Positions 10,403 to 21,893 of a stretch of DNA of 64,000 bases are shown here, in pieces. A program made the position numbers and the translations under genes. How positions within the stretch are numbered: the first letter of the stretch is position 1; every line of letters begins with the position of its first letter. The DNA is from Calditrichia bacterium. Lineage in GTDB: Bacteria > Calditrichota > Calditrichia > JAJRVZ01. The notes beneath the pieces were generated by a model that had not been told where the DNA came from, did not search any database, and was given only the letters and a program-made list of their open reading frames with translations. The stretch covers positions 480,001 to 544,000 of the forward strand of contig CAWCNS010000011.1 in assembly GCA_963796965.1 (NCBI GenBank), read 5' to 3'.

Positions 10403-12430
10403 ATGAGAACATCGCCCGGTAAACCAGAACCGCTTGGTACTTCCAAATATGGAAATGGAATAAACTTTGCCATTCATGCACGGGATATAAAAACGATAAC
10501 CCTAATCATACATCCAGAGTCGAGAGGAGATGATATGATTGAAATCCCTCTTGATCCACAGAAAAATCGGGCTGAAAATATCTGGCATATAATGATCGAA
10601 GATTTACCCAAATCATTTTCTTACAACTACAAACTTAGACAAAACCTCGCAGACCCACCATTGATTGTAAATGATCCCTATGCCCGGATCTTACAGGGAC
10701 GAAACCTTTGGGCTGCTCCGAGGAACTCATTACCCATATATCGATGCCTGCATACTGAAAGCACTTTCAATTGGGAGGAAGATGTTTCCCCAAGTATTCT
10801 CCCCGCAGATACTATTATTTATGAGCTTCATGTGCGCGGATTCACACAAGATCAATCCTCAGGGGTAAAAGCACGCGGAACTTTTTTAGGATTAACTGAA
10901 AAAATCCCTTACCTGAAATCACTTGGTATTACAACTGTTGAGCTCCTACCCATTTGTGAGTTTGATGAGACCATAGTCGATCGTAAGAATCCTTTAAATG
11001 GTAAGCAACTTTTCAACTACTGGGGATATGATCCACTAGGATATTTTGCCCCCAAAACATCTTATGCCTGGAATTCTGACCGAGACGGTCCCATTATAGA
11101 GTTTAAGACGATGGTAAAAGAGTTCCATCGTGCCGGATTAGAGGTGATATTGGATGTTGTTTATAATCACACGGGAGAAGGTCCTCAGGATGGTCCCACT
11201 TATTCTTTCCGGGCGCTGGATGAGACCGGATATTACATGGTAGATAAGACCGGATATTATCAAAACTTTACAGGTTGTGGCAATACATTTAATTGTAATC
11301 ATCCGCTCGTACAAAATTTAATTATAGACTCCTTACGTTACTGGGTCATGGAAATGCATGTAGATGGATTTCGGTTTGATCTTGCCTCAATTCTGAGCCG
11401 GGGTAAAAACGGACCAGCTATGAAAAATCCACCACTTTTAACAAAGATAAATAGCGATCCCATCCTTTCAAAAACAAAGTTAATTGCCGAAGCCTGGGAT
11501 GCCGCCGGATTGTATCAGGTAGGAGCATTTCCCGGAGGAAAACGCTGGGCTGAATGGAATGATAAATTCCGGGATACGATTCGACGTCATGTTAGAAGCG
11601 ATGAAGGGGTAATACCCGAGTTGGCAACAAGAATTTCTGGTAGTTCAGATCTTTTCCGGCCGGGTGGTCGTTCACCCAACCATAGTATCAACTTCATCAC
11701 CGCCCATGATGGATTCACTCTCAATGATCTGGTTTCTTTTAATCAAAAACGTAATAAGATGAATGGTGAAGACAACCGCGATGGCGCAAATGAAAATTTT
11801 AGTTCCAACTATGGAAAAGAAGGACCTTCTACCGATTCTCGAATCAACAAGTTAAGATTAAAGCAGATGAAAAATATGTTTTGTCTTCTGTTGCTCTCTC
11901 AAGGTACTCCCATGATAGTCGCCGGCGATGAATTTGGACGCACCCAGCAAGGCAATAATAACCCCTACTGCCAGGATAATGAGATCAGTTGGGTCGATTG
12001 GGAGCAACTAGAAAAAAATGCCGATTTATTCAGATTCTTTAAATTCTTAATCGAATTTAGAAAAGAACATCCCTCTCTGAGAAGAGAGCATTTTTTTGAT
12101 GAAGAATCTGCCCAAGACTCCGAAATAATCTGGTATAATTCAGATTTAAAATCTCCGCAGTGGTCAGGAAGATTATTTTCCCTTGCATTTCATTTAGCAG
12201 GGAATAAAAAAGACTCTGACATCTACGTGATTTCAAACAGCGCAAAAGAAACAAAATATTTTAAATTACCCAAACTTGTACGGGAATTATCCTGGACCTT
12301 ATCTATAGATACTTCTAAAGCCTCTCCAGAGGATATAGTTTCTATTGGCGAGGAACTGCAAATTGAAGAACAGGAAAAATACAACGTTGTGGCGCAATCC
12401 ACAGTGGTCCTGGTTGCCAAAAAGTTTTAA
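10403..12430 (+). CDS. glgX: Glycogen debranching enzyme / isoamylase (GH13)
   Basis: IYELHVRGFT, NYWGYDP, DVVYNHT, DGFRFDLA, IAEAWD, FITAHDGFTL; start moved to ATG after AAGGTG RBS. Confidence 0.95.
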   Translation: MRTSPGKPEPLGTSKYGNGINFAIHARDIKTITLIIHPESRGDDMIEIPLDPQKNRAENIWHIMIEDLPKSFSYNYKLRQNLADPPLIVNDPYARILQGRNLWAAPRNSLPIYRCLHTESTFNWEEDVSPSILPADTIIYELHVRGFTQDQSSGVKARGTFLGLTEKIPYLKSLGITTVELLPICEFDETIVDRKNPLNGKQLFNYWGYDPLGYFAPKTSYAWNSDRDGPIIEFKTMVKEFHRAGLEVILDVVYNHTGEGPQDGPTYSFRALDETGYYMVDKTGYYQNFTGCGNTFNCNHPLVQNLIIDSLRYWVMEMHVDGFRFDLASILSRGKNGPAMKNPPLLTKINSDPILSKTKLIAEAWDAAGLYQVGAFPGGKRWAEWNDKFRDTIRRHVRSDEGVIPELATRISGSSDLFRPGGRSPNHSINFITAHDGFTLNDLVSFNQKRNKMNGEDNRDGANENFSSNYGKEGPSTDSRINKLRLKQMKNMFCLLLLSQGTPMIVAGDEFGRTQQGNNNPYCQDNEISWVDWEQLEKNADLFRFFKFLIEFRKEHPSLRREHFFDEESAQDSEIIWYNSDLKSPQWSGRLFSLAFHLAGNKKDSDIYVISNSAKETKYFKLPKLVRELSWTLSIDTSKASPEDIVSIGEELQIEEQEKYNVVAQSTVVLVAKKF

Positions 12431-12546
12431 CATTCTAATCTTTCTTCCATTATATAGTCCATTCTCAACATGCTACTCTCCACTCTTTTCTATTAATATA
12501 ATTTGTGAAATTCGAATAAATTAGTGTAATTCGTAGTAGAAAATAT

Positions 12547-13656
12547 TTATTTTGTGGCAATAAACTTTTTCAGCAGTTCAAACTCCTGTTCGAAGTTGGG
12601 CGTAAAGATATCTTTACCAAGATTTTTTTCGATTTCAGCAATTCGCCAGAATTTACCAAATAGTATCTCATCAGTATTTATCTTAAACGGACCATTGGCC
12701 GTCATTCTGAAGGTATGCACCAATTCACTCTCATAATTGTTACGCATAATATACTGATAGAGCGGTTGATAGTTTTGCACCTCCACACCTAGCTCTTCTC
12801 TGGCTTCTCTTTTTAAAGCTGTAAGAACATCTTCACCACTATCAACATGCCCCCCGACAGAAGTATCCCATTTACCCGGTTGAACATCCTTATTTAATGC
12901 CCGCTTTTGCAGATAAAGATGTCCCTGTTTGTTAAAAATATGGAGATGAATCACAGGGTGAAGTAAATTGGGATCGCCGTGTACAGCGCTTCTCGGCGCC
13001 TTACCAATTATTTTCCCTTTTTCATCAACCAGGTCAAACCATTCTTCTCCATCATGTCCTTCAAACTTTCTAACGGCGGGTGCCTGACGTCTTACCCGGA
13101 TGTAGAGCCATTGTCCAAGGAAAACCAAACCAAAAATTATATAAAACAAGCCACCGGAAATAAACGCCCAGGCTTCCTTACTCATATAGTAAGCAGAATA
13201 GACAATGAGAGCGACATGAACAGTAATGATAATAAATAGCACCCGTGTTAATTTGCGCATCATCATCAATTGAAGGTCATTAACGGGTAGGTCCTTCATA
13301 TAACGTTTACCCATCATGAGTAGCAGAGGCTTGTCGGAAAAAGCATGAACACCCAGTAGGAAGACAAGAATCAATTCAATAAGTGCTGGTTTTAGTTTAA
13401 AAAACAACTCATTTTCAAGAACTATGGAGATACCACCCAGAATGACGATCAGTCCAACATCAAATAATATAAACGATTCTATTCGCTTGTCCTTGATATA
13501 GAAATAGGCAAATTCCCCAATTCCGACCAGGATGGCTGTTATAAGACCAATTCTCGTTCCAAACAATTCATCGGCAATAATAAAGATCAGAAGAGGTATG
13601 AAACCAATTGTAAAATTCTTTAATAATTCTTTCTTGTCAATTGTCTGTGTAGCCAT
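12547..13656 (-). CDS. YciB/IspA-like membrane domain fused to NUDIX (YfcD/IDI-like) hydrolase
   Basis: Multi-TM N-terminus with FFKLKP motif; C-terminal WDTSVGGHVDSGE...KREAREELG Nudix box. Confidence 0.8.
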   Translation of the reverse strand: MATQTIDKKELLKNFTIGFIPLLIFIIADELFGTRIGLITAILVGIGEFAYFYIKDKRIESFILFDVGLIVILGGISIVLENELFFKLKPALIELILVFLLGVHAFSDKPLLLMMGKRYMKDLPVNDLQLMMMRKLTRVLFIIITVHVALIVYSAYYMSKEAWAFISGGLFYIIFGLVFLGQWLYIRVRRQAPAVRKFEGHDGEEWFDLVDEKGKIIGKAPRSAVHGDPNLLHPVIHLHIFNKQGHLYLQKRALNKDVQPGKWDTSVGGHVDSGEDVLTALKREAREELGVEVQNYQPLYQYIMRNNYESELVHTFRMTANGPFKINTDEILFGKFWRIAEIEKNLGKDIFTPNFEQEFELLKKFIATK

Positions 13657-13998
13657 TTTTCAATTTAGAAATAAAGATTTTTTCAATCAATAACTTCTGA
13701 TTACTTCCTACACTTAAGCCACAAGATCACCAGTTCCCTATGAAATAATACATCAATGAATTTTAATTTGAGTCTCGGATTGTTAAATAAATTTTCTAAC
13801 ATATTTATCTTTTAGTTTATGTAGTTTCGTTTTTCTTTCGCCTTTGGGTCCCTAAACCTATGAAAATTATCAACTTACCCGCTCAAATTGTGCAAAAGAT
13901 AACTTGAAAAACAATGCAATTGTAGTTGTGCACGAAAAATATTCTTTTTATATTTGAGTTTGCTAATTGTATGCGGTTCTGGATTTAAAGAGGATATT

Positions 13999-16900
13999 TT
14001 GATACCAATCAATATTAAAGAATTAAAAGAACAGGTTCCTGATGTGATTTTTAAGCAGGGTCTGGAATATTATAAAAATGACAAAGTAAAAATCACTAAT
14101 TGGGATAACTCGTCGGTCATTGCCTCCGTCCTGGACGAGCATCCTTATGTGGTTAGATTAAGTTCCGATGAGCGTTCATTTGAATCGGTTTGTACCTGCT
14201 CCTATAACCATATTTGCAAACATGCTGTGGCTGCGGCATTAGCATTAATCGAAGATCATGTTCGTGAAGATGATTTAGTTGAGGGTTCAAATTGGCGTGA
14301 ATACTTTGAAAAGCAGATTGCTATTCAGCAGGTTAATACGGACTTTTCTCAGGAGGTGCGATGGAAGCTCATCTATGTCATTCACATTCTTGAAAATTAC
14401 TGGAATCTAAAACCGATAAAAGTTTATATGAAAAAGGATGGTACTTATGGCCGTATTCAGGAACCATCTTTTAATGAACTATCATTACAAAACGTTTTTA
14501 ATACAGCCGGTGACTTAATTGCTATTTCGTATCTTGAACGTATTCAGACCCAGCAATCATCTACATATTATCGCGGCAAACTCGAAGCTTCCTATTTAAA
14601 ATTTGGGTTAAATGCAGGTGAAATGTTCAATTTGCTCCAAAACAGCGAAATTCACATAAAGAATGAGGATGGCTCAATTGGAAAACGTATCCGATTTGGC
14701 CGCAAACCCTGGCGCTTAATCTTCCGCTTAGAGGAAACGAATAGTCACTATCAGTTCCAACCCTATTTTATTCGCGGTGAAGAAGAAATAAAAGTAGACG
14801 AAAACATAAAAATTCTTAGTACCAACCCAATTTGGTTTTTTCGCGCCGGTAAACTTTACACATGTGCTTTTCCTTTTTCCTATGATTACTTAAAATCTTT
14901 TATCGAAGATGGGCTGCAGGTCAATTTATCGAAAGACGAATACCAGACTTTTATCTCAGATTATCTGGCAAAACTTCCAATCTTTCCTTATCTGGAGTTT
15001 CCGGAAGGTATTGAGGTGCAGGAGCTCAACGATGTCACTTCCAAACGCATCTACCTGGAAGAAATTGAGGACCAATTAGTTATAACACTCTCTATAATCT
15101 ATAACCAGATTGAAGTACCTTTTAACCAACCGACTGATCAATTTCTTCATTACGATAAAAAAAACAACCAGATTATTCGTATCAGAAGAGACCGCTCAAC
15201 TGAAGATCAGATTCGCAATGAGATTGTTGAGAGCGATATTATGGAAGATTCCCCGGGACTTTTTTATTCCAGTTGGGAATCGGCTCTGGAATGGTTATTT
15301 GAGGAGCTACCGAAGTTAGTGGAGAGTGGATTTGAGGTAATGGGTGAAGAATCACTTACCAAACTCCGTGTAAACAGAAAAAAACCTAAAGTTAATATGT
15401 CTTTATCCTCAGAGGTGGATTGGTTTGATCTTAACCTGGCCATAGAGTTTGATGGCGTTCCGCTTTCACTGACCGAATTAAAAAAAGCATTACAAAAAGA
15501 AAAAAGATTTGTTCGCCTAAAAGATGGTAGCATTGCCCGTTTACCAGAGAAATTGATACAAAAATTTCAATATCTCATAGAATTTGGACAACCCGAAACA
15601 AGTTCCATAAGATTTCAAGACCATCACCTCTCATTTGTTGACAAATTATTAGATGAGGCAGATACCAAAGAATTAGACAAGCTAAGCGAAAAGAAGCTGA
15701 AAAAAGCTTAGCCGCTTTAAAAAGATCAAAGAATATCCTCTACCAGAGAACCTTATCGGTGAGCTTAGAGACTATCAACTTTCTGGTTATAACTGGCTTA
15801 ATTTTTTACGTGAGTTTAATTTTGGGGGTTGCCTGGCTGACGACATGGGCCTCGGAAAAACGGTTCAAACATTAGTCTTTTTTACAGAATGAAGTAAACA
15901 ATAAAAAGGTTCCTAATCTCATCATCGCTCCTACTTCTGTTCTTTTCAATTGGCAAAGAGAAATTGAAAAATTTACCCCGGAGATGGATTATATGCTGCA
16001 TTACGGGACAAAAAGAACCCGTGATGTTCGACGGTTACGTAAAAAATCTTTGATTCTGACGACTTATGGCCATTTAAGAAGAGATGTCAGTTTTTTAAAG
16101 GATATTGACTTCCAATACGTGGTTCTGGATGAATCTCAGAATATTAAAAATCCCCAATCTGACACGGCACAGGCCGCAAAAAATCTACAGGCAAAAAACA
16201 GATTGACCCTAACCGGAACCCCGGTTGAGAATAATACCATGGAACTATGGTCTCAATTTTCTTTTCTAAGCCCCGGATTGTTAGGTAGCCAGACCTTTTT
16301 TAAAGAAAATTTTATGCGACCAATCGAGAAAAACCAGGATGTTCAGGCCGCATCGACATTAAAGAAGATTATTTTCCCCTATATACTCCGGCGAACCAAA
16401 GAAGAGGTTGTTAAAGAATTACCACCTAAAATAGAGAATGTTATTTACTCTCCTATGAGTGATGAACAGCAGAAAATTTATGATAAAGTACGTGATACAT
16501 ACCGCCAGACGATAGAAGAAGAAATTGCCTCAAAAGGGCTTGGAAAATCAACAATGCGTGTATTAGAAGGATTGACCAAACTTCGTCAGGTAGCCTGCCA
16601 CCCACACCTGGTAGATTCAAAGTATGAAGACGAATCAGGAAAGTTTGAGGCACTTAAATTAATGATTGATGAGATCATATCCGAAGATCATAAAGTTTTG
16701 GTATTCTCTCAATTTGTAAAGATGCTCACGGTGATGCGTGAATATTTGGATGAGGAAGCTATTGAATATGCCTATCTGGATGGTTCAACAAAAGATCGCG
16801 AGCAGGCGGTTAATAGGTTCCAGGAAGATGAGGATATACGAATATTTCTGATCAGCCTTAAAGCAGGAGGTGTTGGTCTAAATCTGACAGCCGCCGATTA

Positions 16901-17141
16901 TGTTATCCACTATGATCCATGGTGGAATCCTGCCGTTGAGATGCAGGCCAGCGATCGCGCACACCGGATTGGACAAACAAAGCGTGTTTTTACTTACAAA
17001 CTTATAGCCAAAGATAGTGTGGAAGAAAAAATCCTCCAACTGCAAGAACAGAAGAAGGAGTTAGTAAAAAAACTAATTACCACTGAAGGTGGTTTATATA
17101 AATCACTCTCCAGGGATGATATAATAGATTTATTCAATTAA
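13999..17141 (+). CDS. SWIM zinc finger + SNF2/DEXH helicase, split by two +1 frameshifts (~15700, ~15880)
   Basis: CTC...CKH SWIM; bridging frame LRDYQ...[53 protein letters not shown]. Confidence 0.9.
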
Positions 17142-17150
17142 ATAATTCAT

Positions 17151-17307
17151 TTCTCGCAGCGGCGCAGCGACGCAAAGGTTTATTTCTAAATGATTTATGT
17201 AAATATAATTAGAATTTATTTAAAATTGTTTCTATCACCTTAAAGATTCATAAATATATATTTCTATGCGATATGCTTGCCCTACGGAAACGGACGCTTG
17301 CGCGAAT
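17151..17307. repeat. Inverted element with 3x8-nt arms; right arm interrupted
   Basis: ttct cgcagcgg cgcagcga cgcaaagg ... ctatgcga [insert] cgcttgcgcgaa. Confidence 0.7.
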
Positions 17308-17485
17308 TTTTATCAATGATTCAGGCTACTTAATATTCCATAAACATTATAAAGTTGATCAATCTTTCTTCTATCCCATAAATTTTAAGATGCGACCATT
17401 TTTCAATGCAAAACAACTATAATTCAATATTATCTGAAATAGTTCACGGTTGTTTTCCGTTTAACAGCGTTGATAGATTTCTGAT

Positions 17486-17535
17486 TTTGAATTTTTAAAT
17501 TGGACATTCAATTGTCATTGGGATTTGGACATTTT
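17486..17535. repeat. Heptamer-periodic right arm
   Basis: gaattt...ggacatt caatt gtcattg ggatttg gacattt; same family as 1416-1461 and 6960-7013. Confidence 0.6.
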
Positions 17536-17585
17536 TAATTAAATAGTATTTAGTGTTTTAATTGATGGGGGTCGTAAAAGATAAT

Positions 17586-17900
17586 ATGACAAAATATGAA
17601 TATTTAAACAGTGGATTAAAAAAATTTGCCGGGCAGGATTATCAGGCCGCTATTGAAGATTTAAACAAAGCGATAGAATTGGATTCTACCTTTGATTTGG
17701 CCTATAATGCGCTGGCAGAATGTTATAACAAGTTAGGTGATTTGGAAAAAGCGATAGAAATTGCCCGCAAATATGTACAAATTAGTCCAAATGATCCCGT
17801 TGCCCATACGGCCCTCTCCCGACTTTATGTACAAAAAGGGATGATAGCAGAGGCCGAAGAAGAAATGGCTATCTCCAATCAGCTGGCAGGTTCCGGATAA
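17586..17900 (+). CDS. Small TPR protein
   Basis: AIEDLNKAIELD, AYNALAECY, AHTALSRLY TPR helices. Confidence 0.85.
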   Translation: MTKYEYLNSGLKKFAGQDYQAAIEDLNKAIELDSTFDLAYNALAECYNKLGDLEKAIEIARKYVQISPNDPVAHTALSRLYVQKGMIAEAEEEMAISNQLAGSG

Positions 17901-17918
17901 GCATAGGAATTTTTAAAT

Positions 17919-18566
17919 ATGATTAAACTTATTATTTTAATGGTCTTAATACCTATGATTTCATTTGCACAACATGAAAGAACCGAACACTGGCAGGAGC
18001 GAACAAATTTATTTATCGGCGAGTTAGACTCCTTACCAAAGGGAAAAATTGTTTTTCTAGGTAATTCAATAACTGAAGGTTTTGATCTCGAACATTATTT
18101 TCCTGATGCCCTCCCTATTAATCGGGGAATTAGTGGAGATCACACCGATGGTTTATTGGAGCGATTAGAATACTCTGTCATTAGTTTAAAGCCTTCACAA
18201 TTATTTATTCTTATCGGTATTAATGATATAGGAGCTGGTGATCCAAGTTCATTGATCCTAAAAAATTATTATTCACTTATAGAGAAACTTGCTGAGACCT
18301 TGCCAAATTCAAAGATCTACATCCAATCGGTTCTACCGACGACCCAACAATGGACGAACTGTCCAAAGGATAAAATTATCCTTATAAATCAGAAAATTCT
18401 TGAATATTGCATTAAATTTAAATTCACCTGGATTGATCTCCATACAAAATTTGTAACCAATGATGGCTATTTAAATAATTCCCTTACGGAAGATGGCTTA
18501 CACTTAAATGATACAGGATATGCCCTGTGGGCAAAAGTTTTGAGAGGCTATATTTCTGTGAGATGA
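17919..18566 (+). CDS. Secreted GDSL/SGNH esterase
   Basis: FLGNSIT, NRGISGD, IGIND, DGLHLN; signal peptide. Confidence 0.92.
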   Translation: MIKLIILMVLIPMISFAQHERTEHWQERTNLFIGELDSLPKGKIVFLGNSITEGFDLEHYFPDALPINRGISGDHTDGLLERLEYSVISLKPSQLFILIGINDIGAGDPSSLILKNYYSLIEKLAETLPNSKIYIQSVLPTTQQWTNCPKDKIILINQKILEYCIKFKFTWIDLHTKFVTNDGYLNNSLTEDGLHLNDTGYALWAKVLRGYISVR

Positions 18567-18654
18567 ATAATTTCAGTTAGTTAAAGAATATATTTATAAG
18601 GAAAATAAGTACGTATAAATTTATAATTTTCAGAAGATGAATAAGTGAGGTAGA

Positions 18655-19513
18655 ATGAGATTTATAATTCCATTTTTTTTAATTTTGTCGATGATGATCG
18701 GCTGTGCCACGAAAAAGCCCCCTGAAATTGAAGAAGAATCCTCTATAGTCGAAAAAGAGATAACCCCTCTCCCCGATTATTTATGGGCATTCAAACCTAA
18801 TATCAATGTTCGTGAAGATCATTCACCATCCTCATCAAAGGTGGCCCAGTTGTCTGACGGCGACTCGGTTATAGTGATGACCAATGAAAACGGTTGGTAT
18901 CAAATCAGGACGAATGAAAATACAATTGGTTGGGTAAGGACAGATCTGCTTGGGCCAAAAAACCTTAGTGCCTTTACCCGTGCAATCTCCTTTGTTGACA
19001 GTTTAAAGGAGAATGAAGAGATCGAAGTTTTTTTTGATAAAAAACTCTATCATAAGAGGATATATATTTCTTTTCCAGCAGCATTCTATACATCGAAATC
19101 AAAGGTCGAAGCTATAAACAAAGGCGCTTGTAGATAATTTTCAAGCGCGCGTTTATAGGGGACAGGTAACGGCACGGGTTCTAAAACCAGGCTCTGAGGA
19201 GGAATATCTTACCATTGTTGTCAACGGAGTACCAAATGCCGATCCTCTTTTACCAGTAATCCCTTTTGGGATTATTCGAAACGTAACACCAAAATACTCC
19301 AACGGAATTGATCTTAAATACGAAGCACCTTCCAATATTCCTGATCAACAGATACTATCTGTAGCACGAAATTTATCCGAAAATTTCCCGCTGACCTATC
19401 GAAGAATTGAGATAACCTTTATCAGCACGTCTGAGTCAGGTCCAAAACAATGCCGTCTATGGTATATTGAGGACGTAAATGGTGAAGATTATAAGTTCAG
19501 CCCCTGTCCATAA
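18655..19513 (+). CDS. SH3b-domain lipoprotein, +1 frameshift near 19120
   Basis: Lipobox MIGC; INVRE...GWYQI...GWV SH3b; downstream frame open to TAA 19511-19513. Confidence 0.75.
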
Positions 19514-19622
19514 ATTTCCATTTCTCGCAGCGAGAAATCAAAATCATTGTAGAGTCTTGCTCTTTTAAAGATAATTCGTGGAATTCGTGGACAAATCTTT
19601 TATAGTCCATATGTTTAAACAA

Positions 19623-21734
19623 CTATTTTACATAAAATCGGACATTGCGTCGGAGAGCAGAATTTGAGGATGACTCCAGAATATCAACTCTGAGGAGATA
19701 TTCTGATGGTGAAAGATTTTTTATATCAAGCATTTGACTTACGCGATGAGATCTCTCCGTCACCGGATAATTATTTGTTATACTAACGCCCAATTCAATT
19801 TCCTGATCAGCAATAAAAATCGAACCAAGCGTTTCCCACACAGATTCGGATTCCTCAACCGGTGAAATTGTATATTGAATTTCTAATGAATTCTCCCTGT
19901 CAAGAGTATCCAAACCATCCATCTCAAATGAGATTACTATTCGTTCACTATGGTGAAATGAATGGGACGCATTGGGTATTTCAGATAGCGATGCCAGATT
20001 TATCGATCCATCAAGATCATAAAAACTTAACTGGATATCACCCATCATGACATGACGGGGATTCAGGTCAATTATTGTGTCTGAAAATTCATGTCGAAAG
20101 AACTCTTGCGTGTCTTCATTAAAACCTTCAAATATCCAATCATATGCACCCGAATAAGCTTCAAATTGTTTCTGTCCTAACAGCGTGGTATCCTTCTGCC
20201 AAAAATCATTATCAGCCTTATGTGATTCCCATTCAGAAAATTTTCTATAAATGTCGGAATCGGCTCTGGATCTGAAAAGAGCAAATTTCCAGGGCCTGAT
20301 AATTTGATCCACTTCAGCAGGTTCCAAAGAATAATTAAAATTAAATTGAACTTGATTCTTTAAAAGGTGGTTGCTTACAATTTCTGGAATGGCTTTTACT
20401 TCCCCTCCCCGTGTTTCCAGCACGTATGATTCTGGTTTCGTATTGAACAGGTTTTCCGCAAAGAAAGCATGGGATTTCTCCGCCCGCGATTTGGAACGGC
20501 TGGCAAATTCATCTTTTTCAGCAAACTGGAACTGACCATTATTTAATTCATCATCAAATGAGATCTGGAAGTCAGGGTAGTACCAGGTCATAAAATCCCA
20601 GTAAATTGGATTTTTTGTATCGCGGATAATACCACCACCTTCATCTATGGTGGCCCTTCTCTTATGCCAATAGCCGAAATCGCTAAATTTCTGTTGCTCT
20701 AAATAATCCCAGCCCGGTTTCCAAGCTTCATCAATAAGCGCACCCTCCATTTCCCCTCGTACAACGACCTGATCCAAAGGAAATCCATAACGTATGACAA
20801 TTTTTCCCTGATCGGACTGCCAACCCGCTAAATCATTGAATTGAATAGTAAACTTTTTCTGTGCATAGGTGACGCGGGCAAAATGTTCTAATTCCCTTTC
20901 ATTATATTCGGTGACTAAAAGCGGGTCTGCTAAAGAGTTGTTTTGAATTGTAGTAAGATACTGCGTTCGTGCATTTAAATAGTTTTTAGATATATAATAG
21001 GGATCCTGTTGCTCATTTGACATCAGGGCAAAGGCTTTTTTGTAATAGCTGTCTGCTCTTCCATAATTTTTGATCCTGACATTAACCAATCCAGCCAGTT
21101 CATAAAGATCAGCATTATATTTCTGATAATTAAAATAAGAATCCAGCATGTTCGCAGCGGGAATCAGATTATTTGAATCATAATAAAGCCAGAAGATATT
21201 CGTTATCAGGGAATCCCCGCCATAATTATTCTCCAGACATTTTTTAAAAGCCCCATCTGCTAATTCGAAATACTCAGAGGCATATTCCTGAAAGGACCAA
21301 CCTTTTGAAGTGATCTCATGCCGATATCGCGCCATTTTTTGGCGATAAATTTCTCCCAGACGGTACCAGGCCAGCCAACATTCTTTATCAATCTCTAGTG
21401 CATCCTCATATTGATCAATGGCCTCACTTTCGAATTCATGGTCGTACAGAATATTTGCATAAATCACTATTAAATCGAGATTCTCATCATATTTGGAAAT
21501 TGCTTTTTCCAGGAGTGATTGAGCCGTTTTAAATCCATCGACCGTTTTCAATCCAATCTGATATTTGGCCGCTTTTAAATATTCTTCTGGCGTACCTCCA
21601 CTGAAATGAAGCCGTTTACTTAGGTGCTCCATAACGTCTCTCTGGTCATCCTGATGAACAGGCTCTTGACTAACCACTATATTTGCAGAGAAAATGAAGA
21701 TACTAATATATAAATAGATGGTTTTTAATCGCAT
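19623..21734 (-). CDS. GWxTD-domain protein with N-terminal TPRs
   Basis: Signal peptide, TPR helices, EHFARV.YA...GWQSDQGKIVIRYGFP. Confidence 0.85.
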   Translation of the reverse strand: MRLKTIYLYISIFIFSANIVVSQEPVHQDDQRDVMEHLSKRLHFSGGTPEEYLKAAKYQIGLKTVDGFKTAQSLLEKAISKYDENLDLIVIYANILYDHEFESEAIDQYEDALEIDKECWLAWYRLGEIYRQKMARYRHEITSKGWSFQEYASEYFELADGAFKKCLENNYGGDSLITNIFWLYYDSNNLIPAANMLDSYFNYQKYNADLYELAGLVNVRIKNYGRADSYYKKAFALMSNEQQDPYYISKNYLNARTQYLTTIQNNSLADPLLVTEYNERELEHFARVTYAQKKFTIQFNDLAGWQSDQGKIVIRYGFPLDQVVVRGEMEGALIDEAWKPGWDYLEQQKFSDFGYWHKRRATIDEGGGIIRDTKNPIYWDFMTWYYPDFQISFDDELNNGQFQFAEKDEFASRSKSRAEKSHAFFAENLFNTKPESYVLETRGGEVKAIPEIVSNHLLKNQVQFNFNYSLEPAEVDQIIRPWKFALFRSRADSDIYRKFSEWESHKADNDFWQKDTTLLGQKQFEAYSGAYDWIFEGFNEDTQEFFRHEFSDTIIDLNPRHVMMGDIQLSFYDLDGSINLASLSEIPNASHSFHHSERIVISFEMDGLDTLDRENSLEIQYTISPVEESESVWETLGSIFIADQEIELGVSITNNYPVTERSHRVSQMLDIKNLSPSEYLLRVDILESSSNSALRRNVRFYVK

Positions 21735-21893
21735 TCTTTTATAAAATATTAATGATCTGATTCAATTTACAACATAATTTTACGCATTCAATGGGAAAGG
21801 GTTTCAGGGTATAATAATCTATGTTTCTTAAATAGAGGAGAAGAGATTTCTCAATCGAAAAGTAATCTAAAAGCGCTAGGACGTATAAAGCAG

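Noticed and set aside
13999..17141. SNF2 helicase as part of an anti-phage defence island
   Set aside because: SWIM-SNF2 architecture among housekeeping neighbours, with no methylase, nuclease or other defence genes adjacent
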